Origin: Candidatus Anderseniibacteriota bacterium
Lineage (GTDB): Bacteria; Patescibacteriota; Andersenbacteria; UBA10190
Direction of reading: 5' to 3'
DNA length: 64,000 nt
Assembly (NCBI GenBank): GCA_016197005.1
Contig: JACPWO010000004.1
Span: forward strand, 6,305 to 70,304
Below the pieces are notes generated by a model. The model saw only the letters and a program-made list of their open reading frames with translations, had not been told where the DNA came from and made no database searches. Both the position numbers and the translations under genes were made by a program. This document shows positions 19,225 through 29,265 of the stretch, one piece after another; the first letter of the stretch is position 1; each line of letters starts with the position of its first letter.

Positions 19225-21065
19225 CGGATGGAGTAGAGAAAATACGGGCCAGATTTTGCTACGAGATACCAGGTTGGGTGGTAGGCAATAGGCGCAAATG
19301 CACTTTCTTCTTGAGGACCAACAAGAACAAATTTAGGTTTCAGGTCAGGAAGAGTGGAAAGTGTTCCCTGATAATATTCCTTGATAGCCTTTTCCCGATC
19401 CCAGGGATCTCCACCGTGACTCCACACATGGGCGGCGAATCCTAGATAGCGGGGTCGACCAGCTAGTACGACCGCGGAGTTGTGGCTGGCTGCGGTTACG
19501 ATAACGTCACCCGGTTCGGTCACTTCTTTAATTACTTCGGCGGCTTGAATAGCGGCTATGTCCCACTCTCCCCAAATAAGAGCCGTGGGTAGAGTGAGTT
19601 TAAATATATCAACTCCGGCTGACACCATGTGCCCAGCCAGCAATACAATTACCGCAATCTTTCCGATAAGTGGAAAAGTACGAATAGCGTGCAGGGCAGC
19701 AAATGCAGCTAGCGGAATGGTAAATAAGAAGAAAAAGACAAAGAGTTTAAAGTTATCCCAGGCCCAAGGAGCAAACAGCCAAGTATTAGCCGCTGCAAAC
19801 AGGAGTAGTCCTGCTCCTGCCAAAATCTTAAGACTCTTAGGACTCTTTAAGAAAAATCCAGTAATCACCGTAGGGAGCAAGAGTCCGGTATTCTTGAGCC
19901 AGTACCAAATAGGGTTAATTTCCCCTGCCATCCAGCCTGGTTCAAAGCGGAAGAAAGAACCACTCTCACTTTCGCCGAGCATGTAATATAGTACCTCGGG
20001 AATACCAACTACGAGAGCAGTGAGCGTAAAGAGAAGCCATTGCTGAATGCGCGGCTGCAAAAAGAATAAGCCAATAATTGCTGGCAGAAGCGCAAGAACA
20101 GTGTGGCCATGGAAAAGAGGCAAAAGACCAGACAAAACTCCCGCCACAATATATTCCCCATCAGTTTTCTGTTTCGCCGGCTTTAGTAATAAAAGAATAC
20201 AAAGAGCGAGCGAAATACCAAACAAGAACGAACGCTGAGGCAGGAGCAGTGTTGTGACCGGGTTTAAGAAGTGGTAGCCATTCTCGTCGGTCCCAACACC
20301 AGAGTAATCTCGAGCCGGCAGGTGGGTTATAAAGTCGATGATGGAAGTGTCGGCCGCGGCAAAATCTTGAGGGAGTCGGGATATACCCAATGTTGCTCCA
20401 CCAAAAATAAATAAAAGGAGAGCAATGATGGCGGCGTGTTTGCTGCGGGTAAATTCATGCGCAAAGCAGTACAAAAGCGTTAGGAGTACCGGAATCATCA
20501 GCATAGCTGGAACATTGATGCTGGCTGGCAGTGACATTCCAGCTGATAGCAACACTCCGCTCATAAAATTGGTCATGAATGGATAGAGAAGGTTTGTACC
20601 GGCAAAGATTGGGTTTTGCGGGGGAGTTGTTTGCCCTTCGGCAAACATGACGACGTTAGCGGCATGCCACGCCACATCGCCATACGCGTTAATGATGCCA
20701 GTTGAGTAGCCCTCTTTATTTTCGATGAATAACTTAGGAGCAATGATCAAGCCAAAAATAATAAAAGAGACAGCGAATACAGCCACGGCAACCCAGTCCA
20801 GTTTTGTTCCTCGCCAAGGCAGAGGGCCGGTATACCACAAAAGTCCGACAGCGAGCACGAGAAGCATAATAGTCTCGACTACAATGAGGGTAGAGTTTAA
20901 GGGAATACCTATATTGAGGATGTAGGTGAGAGTGGTAGCTGCCGCCAAGCCTCCAACAATTCCAACAAGAAATCGGATCGCGTGTTCTCTTAAAACACCG
21001 ACTGCATAGATAGCCGCTACACCCGCTGCGCAAGCAGCTAGAAGCCAAGTAAGTGCCAGTACCAT
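19221..21065 (-). CDS. Large polytopic membrane protein, probably a GT-C-type glycosyltransferase (PMT/ArnT-like); start set at the internal Met MVLALTWLL
   Basis: There are more than 12 predicted TM helices. The C-terminus carries a soluble domain of about 130 aa. The gene lies inside the glycan gene cluster. Family assignment is by architecture only. Confidence 0.4.
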   Translation of the reverse strand: MVLALTWLLAACAAGVAAIYAVGVLREHAIRFLVGIVGGLAAATTLTYILNIGIPLNSTLIVVETIMLLVLAVGLLWYTGPLPWRGTKLDWVAVAVFAVSFIIFGLIIAPKLFIENKEGYSTGIINAYGDVAWHAANVVMFAEGQTTPPQNPIFAGTNLLYPFMTNFMSGVLLSAGMSLPASINVPAMLMIPVLLTLLYCFAHEFTRSKHAAIIALLLFIFGGATLGISRLPQDFAAADTSIIDFITHLPARDYSGVGTDENGYHFLNPVTTLLLPQRSFLFGISLALCILLLLKPAKQKTDGEYIVAGVLSGLLPLFHGHTVLALLPAIIGLFFLQPRIQQWLLFTLTALVVGIPEVLYYMLGESESGSFFRFEPGWMAGEINPIWYWLKNTGLLLPTVITGFFLKSPKSLKILAGAGLLLFAAANTWLFAPWAWDNFKLFVFFFLFTIPLAAFAALHAIRTFPLIGKIAVIVLLAGHMVSAGVDIFKLTLPTALIWGEWDIAAIQAAEVIKEVTEPGDVIVTAASHNSAVVLAGRPRYLGFAAHVWSHGGDPWDREKAIKEYYQGTLSTLPDLKPKFVLVGPQEESAFAPIAYHPTWYLVAKSGPYFLYSIR

Positions 21066-21092
21066 ATGTGGTGTAAGATAGAGCAAGGATAT

Positions 21093-22490
21093 ATGAACAG
21101 TCCAACTATTACCTTTTATGGAGCAGCCGGCGGAGTAACCGGCAGTAAGCATTTAGTGCAGGGAAACAAGAGTCGCATTCTTCTTGATTGCGGTATATTC
21201 CAGGGACTACCAGACGTACGAGAGCGAAATCGCAGTTTTCCTTTTGCGCCTGATTCCATAGACGCAGTCGTCCTGTCCCATGCTCACCTCGACCACACCG
21301 GAATGTTGCCTCTGTTAGTAAAGCGAGGTTTTGCTGGAAAGATTTATGCCACGCCAGCTACCCGTGACATCGTGGAATATATGCTGGCAGATACAGCAAA
21401 AATTGAAGTGCAAGATGCAGAATATCGAGCGCGCCATCACTTGGGTTCTCCGGATGAGCGAATACCGCTTTTTGACGCCGAAGATATCCCGCCAGTCATG
21501 GATCGTTTTATGCCAATCCCCTATGCTCGAAAAGATCCGAGTTGGCACGAAGTGGGTAGTAACGTTCGCATGAAATTCTATGATGCTGGGCACATTCTTG
21601 GATCAGCCGTAACCGTGCTCGAGGTTGATGGAAAAATTGTTGCCTATACTGGCGACTTAGGACCAAACAGTATTCCACTTTTGCATGATCCAGAAGTACC
21701 AGAGGAAGAAATAACAACGCTTCTCATGGAAGCTACGTACGGGAAGCGCGAACACGATAATCTAGACGGCGCCATTACTAATCTCGCCGCCGCCATTAAC
21801 CGTATTTGTGAGCGAGGTGGAAAGATGCTGGTGCCTGCATTTTCGCTCGGCCGCACCCAAACAATTGTCTATATCATTCATAAATTAGTCGATGAGGGTC
21901 GTATTCCGCGCTTCCCGATGTATGTAGACTCTCCTTTAGCTTCGCACATTACCGAAGTTCATAAGCATCACCATGACTTGTTTGATAAAGAAACAACTGA
22001 AGATTTTGGGGATGATCATAAACCGCTCACGTTCCGGAATTTGACGTATACCGAGTCGGTCGATGAATCCAAGAAACTCAATAGTATGGACGGGCCCCTG
22101 ATGATTATTTCTGCGGCTGGGATGATGACGGGCGGGCGGGTCGTTCATCATGCTCGTCAGATTATTTCTGACAAAAAGAATGCGGTTATTATTACCGGTT
22201 TTCAAGCCGGTGGCACGCCTGGACGTCAGCTCGTAGAGGGAGCACCAGAAATTGAACTTTTGGGAGAGCGACTGCCAGTAACGGCCGAAATATTAGTACT
22301 TAATGAATTTTCTGCCCATGCCGATCGACGACAGCTGCTTACCTACGCTCAGAAAATAAAAGGTCTGCAAAGTATTTCTCTCGTCCATAGCGAATCGGAA
22401 CAGGCGACGGCGCTAAAGCAATATATGGAAGCGGAAATTCCTGAGCTTGCCGTTACTATTCCGAGTGAAGGCGACACAATCAGTTTGTAG
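21093..22490 (+). CDS. Beta-CASP family MBL-fold RNA-metabolising hydrolase (RNase J/CPSF-like)
   Basis: The MBL motif is LSHAHLDHTGMLP. The C-terminal beta-CASP motif is present (LNEFSAHAD). The start was set at MNSPTITFYG. Confidence 0.7.
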   Translation: MNSPTITFYGAAGGVTGSKHLVQGNKSRILLDCGIFQGLPDVRERNRSFPFAPDSIDAVVLSHAHLDHTGMLPLLVKRGFAGKIYATPATRDIVEYMLADTAKIEVQDAEYRARHHLGSPDERIPLFDAEDIPPVMDRFMPIPYARKDPSWHEVGSNVRMKFYDAGHILGSAVTVLEVDGKIVAYTGDLGPNSIPLLHDPEVPEEEITTLLMEATYGKREHDNLDGAITNLAAAINRICERGGKMLVPAFSLGRTQTIVYIIHKLVDEGRIPRFPMYVDSPLASHITEVHKHHHDLFDKETTEDFGDDHKPLTFRNLTYTESVDESKKLNSMDGPLMIISAAGMMTGGRVVHHARQIISDKKNAVIITGFQAGGTPGRQLVEGAPEIELLGERLPVTAEILVLNEFSAHADRRQLLTYAQKIKGLQSISLVHSESEQATALKQYMEAEIPELAVTIPSEGDTISL

Positions 22491-22492
22491 AA

Positions 22493-22720
22493 CTATTTTT
22501 TCCAGCGTTCGTTATCAGGGTGCCACTGAGCATTATGCCGCATCGCTTTTTCTATTTGTTCCTTCGCGAGGTCCATGCGCACCGGATGCTTATAGCCGCC
22601 ACCAAATCGATTGCCGAGCATTACACCGATTACAAAACCGGGCCCAAAACCAATAATGACGTAGAGCGCGACTAATGTGAGTGCGCGCAGGGTGACAGCA
22701 ATGGTCTCAGTTATTCCCAT
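22493..22720 (-). CDS. Small membrane protein (1 TM), hypothetical
   Basis: 75 aa; the helix reads LTLVALYVIIGFGPGFVIGVML. Confidence 0.35.
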   Translation of the reverse strand: MGITETIAVTLRALTLVALYVIIGFGPGFVIGVMLGNRFGGGYKHPVRMDLAKEQIEKAMRHNAQWHPDNERWKK

Positions 22721-22723
22721 AGT

Positions 22724-22839
22724 TATAATCGGTAGTATTTACCGGCTGAAAGCAGTCCCTTAGTCAAAAAGAAGCCAAGCACTATCCCAAGCAAGAATAG
22801 TGCTCCCCATAGAAATAAGTGATCCCAAATAGTCAGCAT
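22724..22839 (-). CDS. Unannotated 38-aa hydrophobic peptide (MLTIWDHLFLWGALFLLGIVLGFFLTKGLLSAGKYYRL), immediately upstream of and co-directional with the 75-aa membrane ORF
   Basis: This is my manual translation of the minus strand. It is below the ORF-track size cut-off and is separated by a 3-nt gap from the next ORF. Confidence 0.25.
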
Positions 22840-22865
22840 AGTCTGATATCCTTAGTATACAGCGT

Positions 22866-23471
22866 ATGCAACTCATCGACATTACGAGACCTATCCATTC
22901 CTCGATGGCCATCTATCCCGGAAATCCGGCGGTAGTACTGGAGGAGGCAGCGACCGCTTCGAATACCTCGAGCGCTCTGACAAGAATCACGCTCGGGTCA
23001 CATACCGGCACGCACATTGATGGGCTAAGCCACATTACAAAAGGTGCGGCTGGTACGGGCAGTTATGCTCTTGAGCCGTTCATTGGTGAAGCGCAAGTTA
23101 TAGCAGTAGATGCGGAAACGATTACTGCTGCTATTCTTCCGAAAACAGCTGTTGAACGTGTGCTCATTAAAACAAAAAACTCTGCGGTAGATATAAACAC
23201 ATTTGATCCAGATTTTGTTGCTCTTGATGAATCGGCCGCTCAGGAGTTAGTAAATCGGGGAATAAAACTTATAGGTATTGATGGGCCTTCCATAAAGAAA
23301 AAGGGCGTGCGTGATCGAACGCACGCTATTCTGTTAGATGCCGGGATAGTGATTATAGAGAGCTTGTGGCTGAATACTGTTGAAATCGGTTCCTACGAGC
23401 TCATTTGTTTGCCGCTGGCGGTCGATTTAGATGGGGCGCCAGCTCGAGTAGTTTTGCGCTCGACAAAGTAG
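22866..23471 (+). CDS. Cyclase family protein (kynurenine formamidase-like fold, PF04199-type)
   Basis: The sequence contains GSHTGTHIDGLSH, matching the cyclase HxGTHxDxPxH motif. Confidence 0.6.
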   Translation: MQLIDITRPIHSSMAIYPGNPAVVLEEAATASNTSSALTRITLGSHTGTHIDGLSHITKGAAGTGSYALEPFIGEAQVIAVDAETITAAILPKTAVERVLIKTKNSAVDINTFDPDFVALDESAAQELVNRGIKLIGIDGPSIKKKGVRDRTHAILLDAGIVIIESLWLNTVEIGSYELICLPLAVDLDGAPARVVLRSTK

Positions 23472-23496
23472 TCACTTTTCGCTACATAGTAAGCCC

Positions 23497-25377
23497 ATGA
23501 AAATACAGCCGCTTATAGCAGGAAATCGTTCAATTGGCCCCGGCGAGCCTGTTTTTATCATTGCCGAAGCGGGAATTAACCATAATGGCAGCGTAGAACG
23601 TGCTCGCCAGCTTATTGATGCCGCCGCTGAAGCCGGAGCTGATGCCGTCAAGTTTCAGAAACGGAACTTAGCCCAGGTATACCAAAAGAAAGTTCTGGAA
23701 AACCCTAATTTGTATGAACAGAAATACCAGTACTTAATCCCCCTCCTCAAAGAGTTTCAACTGTCCGATGAGGCATATGTTGAACTCGAACAACACGCTA
23801 ACAAACGAGGTATTATGTTTATGGTCAACCCGTGGGATAAACAGAGTTGTGACGAAGTAGAAAAACTGCTCCATATCCCCATATATAAAATTGGCTCACC
23901 GGATTTTACGAATAATGAATTAATCGAACATATTGCCCGTACCAAGAAGCCACTCATTGTTTCTACCGGCATGGTGACGCCGAAGGAAATTGATGCCGGA
24001 GTAGAGTTTCTACGTACACTCCACGTCCCTTTTGCCATTCTGCACTGCAATAGCACGTATCCGGCTCCGTTCGATGAAATTAATCTGGCGTTCATGGATA
24101 CGCTCAAAAAATACAATGTGCCTGTGGGATATTCTGGGCATGAGCGTGGCACCGCTGTATCAATTGGTGCGGTTGCCAGAGGGGCCACTATTATTGAACG
24201 ACATATTACCGTTGACCGGAGTTTAGAAGGACCAGATCACAAGGCTTCACTTCTCCCTCATGAATTTAAGGAAATGGTTTCCGGAATTCGGGAAGTGGAG
24301 CGCGCAGTGGGACTCGCGGTGAAGCGACTGTCGCGAGGCGAGATTATGAATCGAGAAATTCTGGCTAAAAGTATTGTCGCTGCCACTTTTATTCCAGATG
24401 GTGTTGTTATTACCCGCGAAATGCTTACAACGAAAAGTCCTGCCAAGGGGTTATCTCCTCAGCGAATGAATGAAGTGGTCGGGATTACGGCTAGTCGAGA
24501 TATTCCTTCCGGAGAAGCACTCACGGAGGATGATATTAGTGCCAACACCATTTTAGAAACATTTTCGAGTAAGGATGTCCTATGGAAGTGGGGACCAGTT
24601 GTTCGTTTCTCCGATTTTGAAAATTATTTGCGATACGAACCAAACTTATTTGAGTTTCACTTATCGGATAAGGACTTAGACGAAAAACTGCCTCAAGGAA
24701 AATGGAGTCAGGAAATTATAGTGCATGCACCGGAATATATGAAGCGGGTGTATCTCAACCCAGCGGCGGAAGATAAAGAAGAGCGGGCGATTGCCATTAA
24801 AACATTGCAGCGGTCAGTCGACCTAGCTCGAAAGCTGGGCGAATCCTTTTCTAGTACGCCTAAATTTATTATTCATCCTGGTGGTATTACACTGCAGCCA
24901 GCAGTGGATCCTAAAAAGCTACTCGATATCTTTGCGGATACACTTTCTCAGCTCAAAGCCGATGGTGTGATGCTGCTACCAGAAAATCTACCACCGCGTC
25001 CGTGGGTCTTTGGCGGGGAATGGGTAACAAATATCTTTATGTTGGCGGAAGAAATTGAACGCTTCCTTAAAGACACCGGTTACAGCATGTGCTTTGATAC
25101 TTCCCACGCGGCTTTAGCTTGTGAGGCTTACAACGAAGACTTACCACAAATGATTACAACGCTACAGCCATATATTCGTCATTTACATGTTGCTGACGGC
25201 TCAGGAACAGGTGATGAAGGGTTACAGGTAGGCGAGGGTACCATTGATTTTACAAAAGTTTTGTCTCCCCTAGCTGGGTACTCACATACAATGGTTCCCG
25301 AAATTTGGCAGGGGCATTTACATGGCGGGAAAGGTTTCTTGCAGGCAATGGAGCATTTGAAGCCGTACTTGAAGTAG
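23497..25377 (+). CDS. Nonulosonic (sialic/legionaminic/pseudaminic-type) acid synthase NeuB-like domain plus SAF domain, fused to a C-terminal xylose-isomerase-like TIM-barrel (sugar phosphate isomerase/epimerase) domain
   Basis: The N-terminus reads VFIIAEAGINHNGSVERARQLIDAAAEAGADAVKFQ, matching NeuB/PseI/LegI. The SAF-like segment lies around aa 280-345. The C-terminal 270 aa read ...VHAPEYMKRVYLNPAAEDKE...IIHPGG..., which is AP-endonuclease-2/TIM-barrel like. Confidence 0.65.
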   Translation: MKIQPLIAGNRSIGPGEPVFIIAEAGINHNGSVERARQLIDAAAEAGADAVKFQKRNLAQVYQKKVLENPNLYEQKYQYLIPLLKEFQLSDEAYVELEQHANKRGIMFMVNPWDKQSCDEVEKLLHIPIYKIGSPDFTNNELIEHIARTKKPLIVSTGMVTPKEIDAGVEFLRTLHVPFAILHCNSTYPAPFDEINLAFMDTLKKYNVPVGYSGHERGTAVSIGAVARGATIIERHITVDRSLEGPDHKASLLPHEFKEMVSGIREVERAVGLAVKRLSRGEIMNREILAKSIVAATFIPDGVVITREMLTTKSPAKGLSPQRMNEVVGITASRDIPSGEALTEDDISANTILETFSSKDVLWKWGPVVRFSDFENYLRYEPNLFEFHLSDKDLDEKLPQGKWSQEIIVHAPEYMKRVYLNPAAEDKEERAIAIKTLQRSVDLARKLGESFSSTPKFIIHPGGITLQPAVDPKKLLDIFADTLSQLKADGVMLLPENLPPRPWVFGGEWVTNIFMLAEEIERFLKDTGYSMCFDTSHAALACEAYNEDLPQMITTLQPYIRHLHVADGSGTGDEGLQVGEGTIDFTKVLSPLAGYSHTMVPEIWQGHLHGGKGFLQAMEHLKPYLK

Positions 25378-25394
25378 TATATATACAAAGACTT

Positions 25395-26189
25395 ATGTAC
25401 CACTTAGAGAAATTTTACCCACCAAACTTTGACCCACGAGCGTACTGGGATGCCCGCTATGCTCAAGAACACATTGCCGGCAAAAGTGCCGATGAGTTTC
25501 GTAAACAAGGCTTTTGGCCGCTGCTAGAAAAAAACCTTACGAAAGATAAGCGATATCTCGATGCCGGGTGTGGTGTTGGTGGCTGGGTCATATTTCTGGA
25601 TGAAGAAGGATACAACGTTGAAGGTATAGATATTGCCGCGCGCATCATTCGTGCCTTAACAGAGTACAACCGTGACCTCAAAGTAAAAGTTGCGGAGATG
25701 ACACAAATTCCGTATGCCGATGCTTCGTTTGATGGTGTGCTCGCTATTGGTGTCCTTGAATATGTTGAGGGCAAGGTGCCCATTGCGTTAGCGGAAACCG
25801 GGCGAGTATTGAAACCAGGCGGCATGCTCTTCTTGGAAGTTCCCATGGCGAATGCGCTGCGTCGTTGGGTATATCTGCCGCTTAAGAAAATTGAAAAGCT
25901 GGTAAAAACTACTCAAGGCAAGCAGCCGACATTTGCTAGTTACCTCTTTACTCACCGCAGTCTTATGGAGCAACTGAGTAAAGCTGGTTTTGAGATTGTA
26001 GAAGTGCGTCCCCATGAATTGCCAGAATCCGACTCACATTACGGTTTGTATATAGATTGGAAAATATTGCGAGGCAGTCAGCCCTACAAGCTCAATATAC
26101 TTGGTCGAATCGTGAAGGCGGTAGCTAATTTCCTTTCGCCTTGGATTGCTTCAACCGGTATGGTGGTAGTAGCTCGAAAGAAACTATGA
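25395..26189 (+). CDS. Class I SAM-dependent methyltransferase
   Basis: Motif I is LDAGCGVGGWVIFL and is followed by VEGIDIA. The start was placed at MYHLEKF. Confidence 0.7.
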   Translation: MYHLEKFYPPNFDPRAYWDARYAQEHIAGKSADEFRKQGFWPLLEKNLTKDKRYLDAGCGVGGWVIFLDEEGYNVEGIDIAARIIRALTEYNRDLKVKVAEMTQIPYADASFDGVLAIGVLEYVEGKVPIALAETGRVLKPGGMLFLEVPMANALRRWVYLPLKKIEKLVKTTQGKQPTFASYLFTHRSLMEQLSKAGFEIVEVRPHELPESDSHYGLYIDWKILRGSQPYKLNILGRIVKAVANFLSPWIASTGMVVVARKKL

Positions 26190-26968
26190 ATGCCTTTGAT
26201 TTACATGGAAAAGTAATACTTGTAACCGGCGGGGCGGGATTCTTGGCGGAACATTTTGTTACATCCTTACTTGAAGCTGGTGCCAAAGTTGCACTCGCAG
26301 ATATTGCCCTTAAGGCAGTACAAGCAAGAGCGCAAAAGCTCAGGGAAAACGTAGTACCGGTACACATGGATGTTACAAAACAGGATTCCGTTGATGAGGC
26401 GTTTGCAGCTGTCATAAAAGAATTTGGTCGTATTGATGTCGTTGTAAACAACGCAGCTATTGATCCGAAGTTTGATCCTAATTCTTCTGCCAATACCAAA
26501 GTATTTGAGAATTACCCAGAGGAAGCAATGGAGCAGAGTGTTGATGTAAATATGCTCGGTACCTGGCGGGTAAGTAAGGCAGCAGTGAAACACATGCTCG
26601 AGAGCGGTGGCGGAAACATTATTAGCATTTCTTCGATGTATGGCCTAAGTGTTCCCCACCAAGATATTTATCCCGAAGGCACACAGAAACCAGTGGACTA
26701 CGGTATGACGAAGGCAGCTATCCAGTACTTAACAAAATACATTGCTGGTACCTACGGTCAGAAAAATATTCGGGCCAATGCATTGGTACTAGGTGGAGTG
26801 TTCAAGAATCATGACGATGCATTTGTTGAGAAGTATGCCAAGTACACCATGCTCGGGCGTATGACTGATCCAGCAGAAATTGGTGCTCCCTTGGTATTTC
26901 TTGCTTCCGAAGCTTCAAAGGGTATGACAGGACATCTTTTGGTAGTTGACGCCGGTTGGAGTGCTTGA
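26186..26968 (+). CDS. SDR family NAD(P)-dependent oxidoreductase
   Basis: The Rossmann motif is KVILVTGGAGFLAEH. The catalytic motif is S...YGMTKAA. The start overlaps the upstream stop codon (ATGA). Confidence 0.75.
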   Translation: MNAFDLHGKVILVTGGAGFLAEHFVTSLLEAGAKVALADIALKAVQARAQKLRENVVPVHMDVTKQDSVDEAFAAVIKEFGRIDVVVNNAAIDPKFDPNSSANTKVFENYPEEAMEQSVDVNMLGTWRVSKAAVKHMLESGGGNIISISSMYGLSVPHQDIYPEGTQKPVDYGMTKAAIQYLTKYIAGTYGQKNIRANALVLGGVFKNHDDAFVEKYAKYTMLGRMTDPAEIGAPLVFLASEASKGMTGHLLVVDAGWSA

Positions 26969-26970
26969 AG

Positions 26971-27927
26971 CTAGACCGTTTGAGTTTCTTTCGGCCACCT
27001 GGAGGGGTCAATAAGGTTGGGGTCGGAAATGGCGAGAGCCTCAAGTTTGGCTATAATTTCTGGTGGTAGAGGACCAGCTTCAACTGCATCTTGCGCTGCT
27101 TTCAGGTGCTGCGTTTTCATAGTTCCGACTAACGCTGTCGAAATTGCTTCATGCGAGAGCACAAATCTAAGTGCGAGACTCGGAAGGTTTGTTCCAATTT
27201 CCAGTGCAATTTGTTCTGCTTGAGCGGCTGCCTCTTTTAAAGGAGTAAGCGCAGTGGGGAGTTTAGAATAATGTTTAGTAAGTACTCCTTTAAGCAATAC
27301 GGAGCGATTGATGATGTTGACTCCAGCAGCTGCAGCTTTTGGCAAGACATGAGGTACCATGCGCTGATCGAGAATGGAATAGGCGGCTTGGATTGTTTCA
27401 AAGAAGCCTGAATCTATAGCAGCCAGTGGCGCTTCCTCTCCACGAGTGGCAATACCGACGTGTTGTATTTTGCCTTCGTCCTTTAGTTTTTGCATCACTT
27501 CAATAATTTCACCTCGTTCAATTTGTTCTTTACTACCACCATGGAGTTGCACGAGTTGTAAGGAGTCTACTTGTAGCATGCGCAAGCTCTCTTCAATATC
27601 TACTCGGATTCTTTGTTCGAGCTCTGTGCCACGAGGATCTTCACCTTTTTCTAAAAACTGGGCTGTCTTTGTTCCGACAACCACGCCAGGCTTTTTAAGG
27701 ATTCCAGATTTTCCAATACGTTCTTCCGCTACCCCGTAGGCACGAGCAGTATCTATATATGTTATGCCCAAATCTACTACTTCGTTGAGAAGGCGAGTAG
27801 CATCGTCTTCGGAAATGAGTCCTTTTTGTCCCATAGCATAGTTAGCAATTCCAATCTCAACGGTGCCAAGTCCGAGACGAGATATTACTAGACCAGATTT
27901 TCCTAATTGATTCTTATTCATACGCAT
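26971..27927 (-). CDS. Aldo/keto reductase
   Basis: Matching segments are GLGTVEIG and IDTARAYGVAEERIGK. The fold is a TIM-barrel AKR pattern. Confidence 0.75.
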   Translation of the reverse strand: MRMNKNQLGKSGLVISRLGLGTVEIGIANYAMGQKGLISEDDATRLLNEVVDLGITYIDTARAYGVAEERIGKSGILKKPGVVVGTKTAQFLEKGEDPRGTELEQRIRVDIEESLRMLQVDSLQLVQLHGGSKEQIERGEIIEVMQKLKDEGKIQHVGIATRGEEAPLAAIDSGFFETIQAAYSILDQRMVPHVLPKAAAAGVNIINRSVLLKGVLTKHYSKLPTALTPLKEAAAQAEQIALEIGTNLPSLALRFVLSHEAISTALVGTMKTQHLKAAQDAVEAGPLPPEIIAKLEALAISDPNLIDPSRWPKETQTV

Positions 27928-27931
27928 TCTT

Positions 27932-28399
27932 TTAGACTAACTTAGTAAGAATTTTTACTACAACTTTTCTACACAATTTATTTTTACTGTCAGAAACTTT
28001 TGGTCGATGAGCATCAGTGGGTAAAAATACAGCAAATGCCCCAGCTGTTAGATCAATGCTATTAAACTGGCTTGTTGATTGGTACAAGCAGTAGTCTTTT
28101 TTAATATCAAATTTCATTGTTGCGACAAGTTTGTCTACAGATGTCCAATCAATGACCTCCTCACCTTCTAAGCAAAAGTGTAAATCAATGTATTCTCGGT
28201 GAGCTTCGAAAACAGTAATTGATCGGGGCCTCGTTTCAATGGTGGTAATAGATGCATATAAATCGCGTCCGCGAATTTCATATTCTCCATCAGGTTTTTG
28301 CGAAGCCTCCGTTGTAATCCAAGATAACACTTCCTGCCACACTGGTTGTGGTAGCAATTTTTTATATATTTCGGGGTGATCAATGTGTCCTGTAGTCAT
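27932..28399 (-). CDS. YhcH/YjgK/YiaL (DUF386) family protein, associated with sialic acid metabolism
   Basis: The motif FEAHREYIDLHFCLEGEE matches the family's E-x-H-x-x-Y-x-D-x-Q/H...G-x-E signature. The protein is 155 aa. Confidence 0.6.
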   Translation of the reverse strand: MTTGHIDHPEIYKKLLPQPVWQEVLSWITTEASQKPDGEYEIRGRDLYASITTIETRPRSITVFEAHREYIDLHFCLEGEEVIDWTSVDKLVATMKFDIKKDYCLYQSTSQFNSIDLTAGAFAVFLPTDAHRPKVSDSKNKLCRKVVVKILTKLV

Positions 28400-28439
28400 A
28401 ATTTTGCGTTTAGGATATCTATGAGTACGCTACAACCAT

Positions 28440-29255
28440 ATGGCTAATACCGTAAAAAATCCAAAGCGAGAAACAATTGAGGTAGCCGCTATTATTCCGG
28501 CTCGAGCAGGGCAACAAAGTATCTCATACAAGAATCTGCAAAAGCTGGGAGGCAAGACATTGGTGCAATGGGCGATTGAAGTGGCACTGGAAGCTACGAC
28601 TGTTGATGTCGTTATTGTGTCTACGGAAGATGAAAAGATTGCGGAAGAAGCCAAAAAGTTTGGTGCCTTGGTTGCTCCCCGCCCTGAACAATATTCTCAA
28701 CCCACGAGTGGTGATGGTGGTTTTTATCATCACGCGGTTACATGGATGGAAGAAGAATTTGGGTGGACGCCAGAACTTCTCATTAACTTACGTCCGACTA
28801 GTCCGCTGCGATTTGCCTCTGACATTGACGCGATGGTTGCGCATATGAAAAAGACAGAAGCTGATGGGCTCAAAAGTGTTATTCCAGCTCCACTCCATCC
28901 TTACAAAATGTGGCACTTGGAAGGAAAGCCTGAGGTGGGTGCTTCCGGCAAGCTCACTCCACTGGCAGATTTTCAAACTGATTTTCGAAAACAATATGGC
29001 CCTGATCAGCCACGACAGAAAGTGCAAAAACTCTTTCCCATCTTTTTCCAAGACGGACAAGTGGATATTACCCGGCGCAAGTTTGTGCTGCGTCCTGAAT
29101 GTTTAGAAAATGAAAACGTCTGGGGAGAAAACTTACACGGTTATGTTTTGGATCCACGTACCAGTACAGACTTAGATGAACCAGCAGATTTTATCCGAGC
29201 GGAAAAAATATACGAAGAGCTCCGAGGCGAACGTGGAGAAAACTCAGCGAATTAA
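28440..29255 (+). CDS. Acylneuraminate (CMP-nonulosonate) cytidylyltransferase family protein
   Basis: The N-terminus reads VAAIIPARAGQQSISYKNLQKLGGKTLVQWAIEVA, which is the CTP_transf_3 pattern. Confidence 0.65.
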   Translation: MANTVKNPKRETIEVAAIIPARAGQQSISYKNLQKLGGKTLVQWAIEVALEATTVDVVIVSTEDEKIAEEAKKFGALVAPRPEQYSQPTSGDGGFYHHAVTWMEEEFGWTPELLINLRPTSPLRFASDIDAMVAHMKKTEADGLKSVIPAPLHPYKMWHLEGKPEVGASGKLTPLADFQTDFRKQYGPDQPRQKVQKLFPIFFQDGQVDITRRKFVLRPECLENENVWGENLHGYVLDPRTSTDLDEPADFIRAEKIYEELRGERGENSAN

Positions 29256-29265
29256 GAATAACCAA

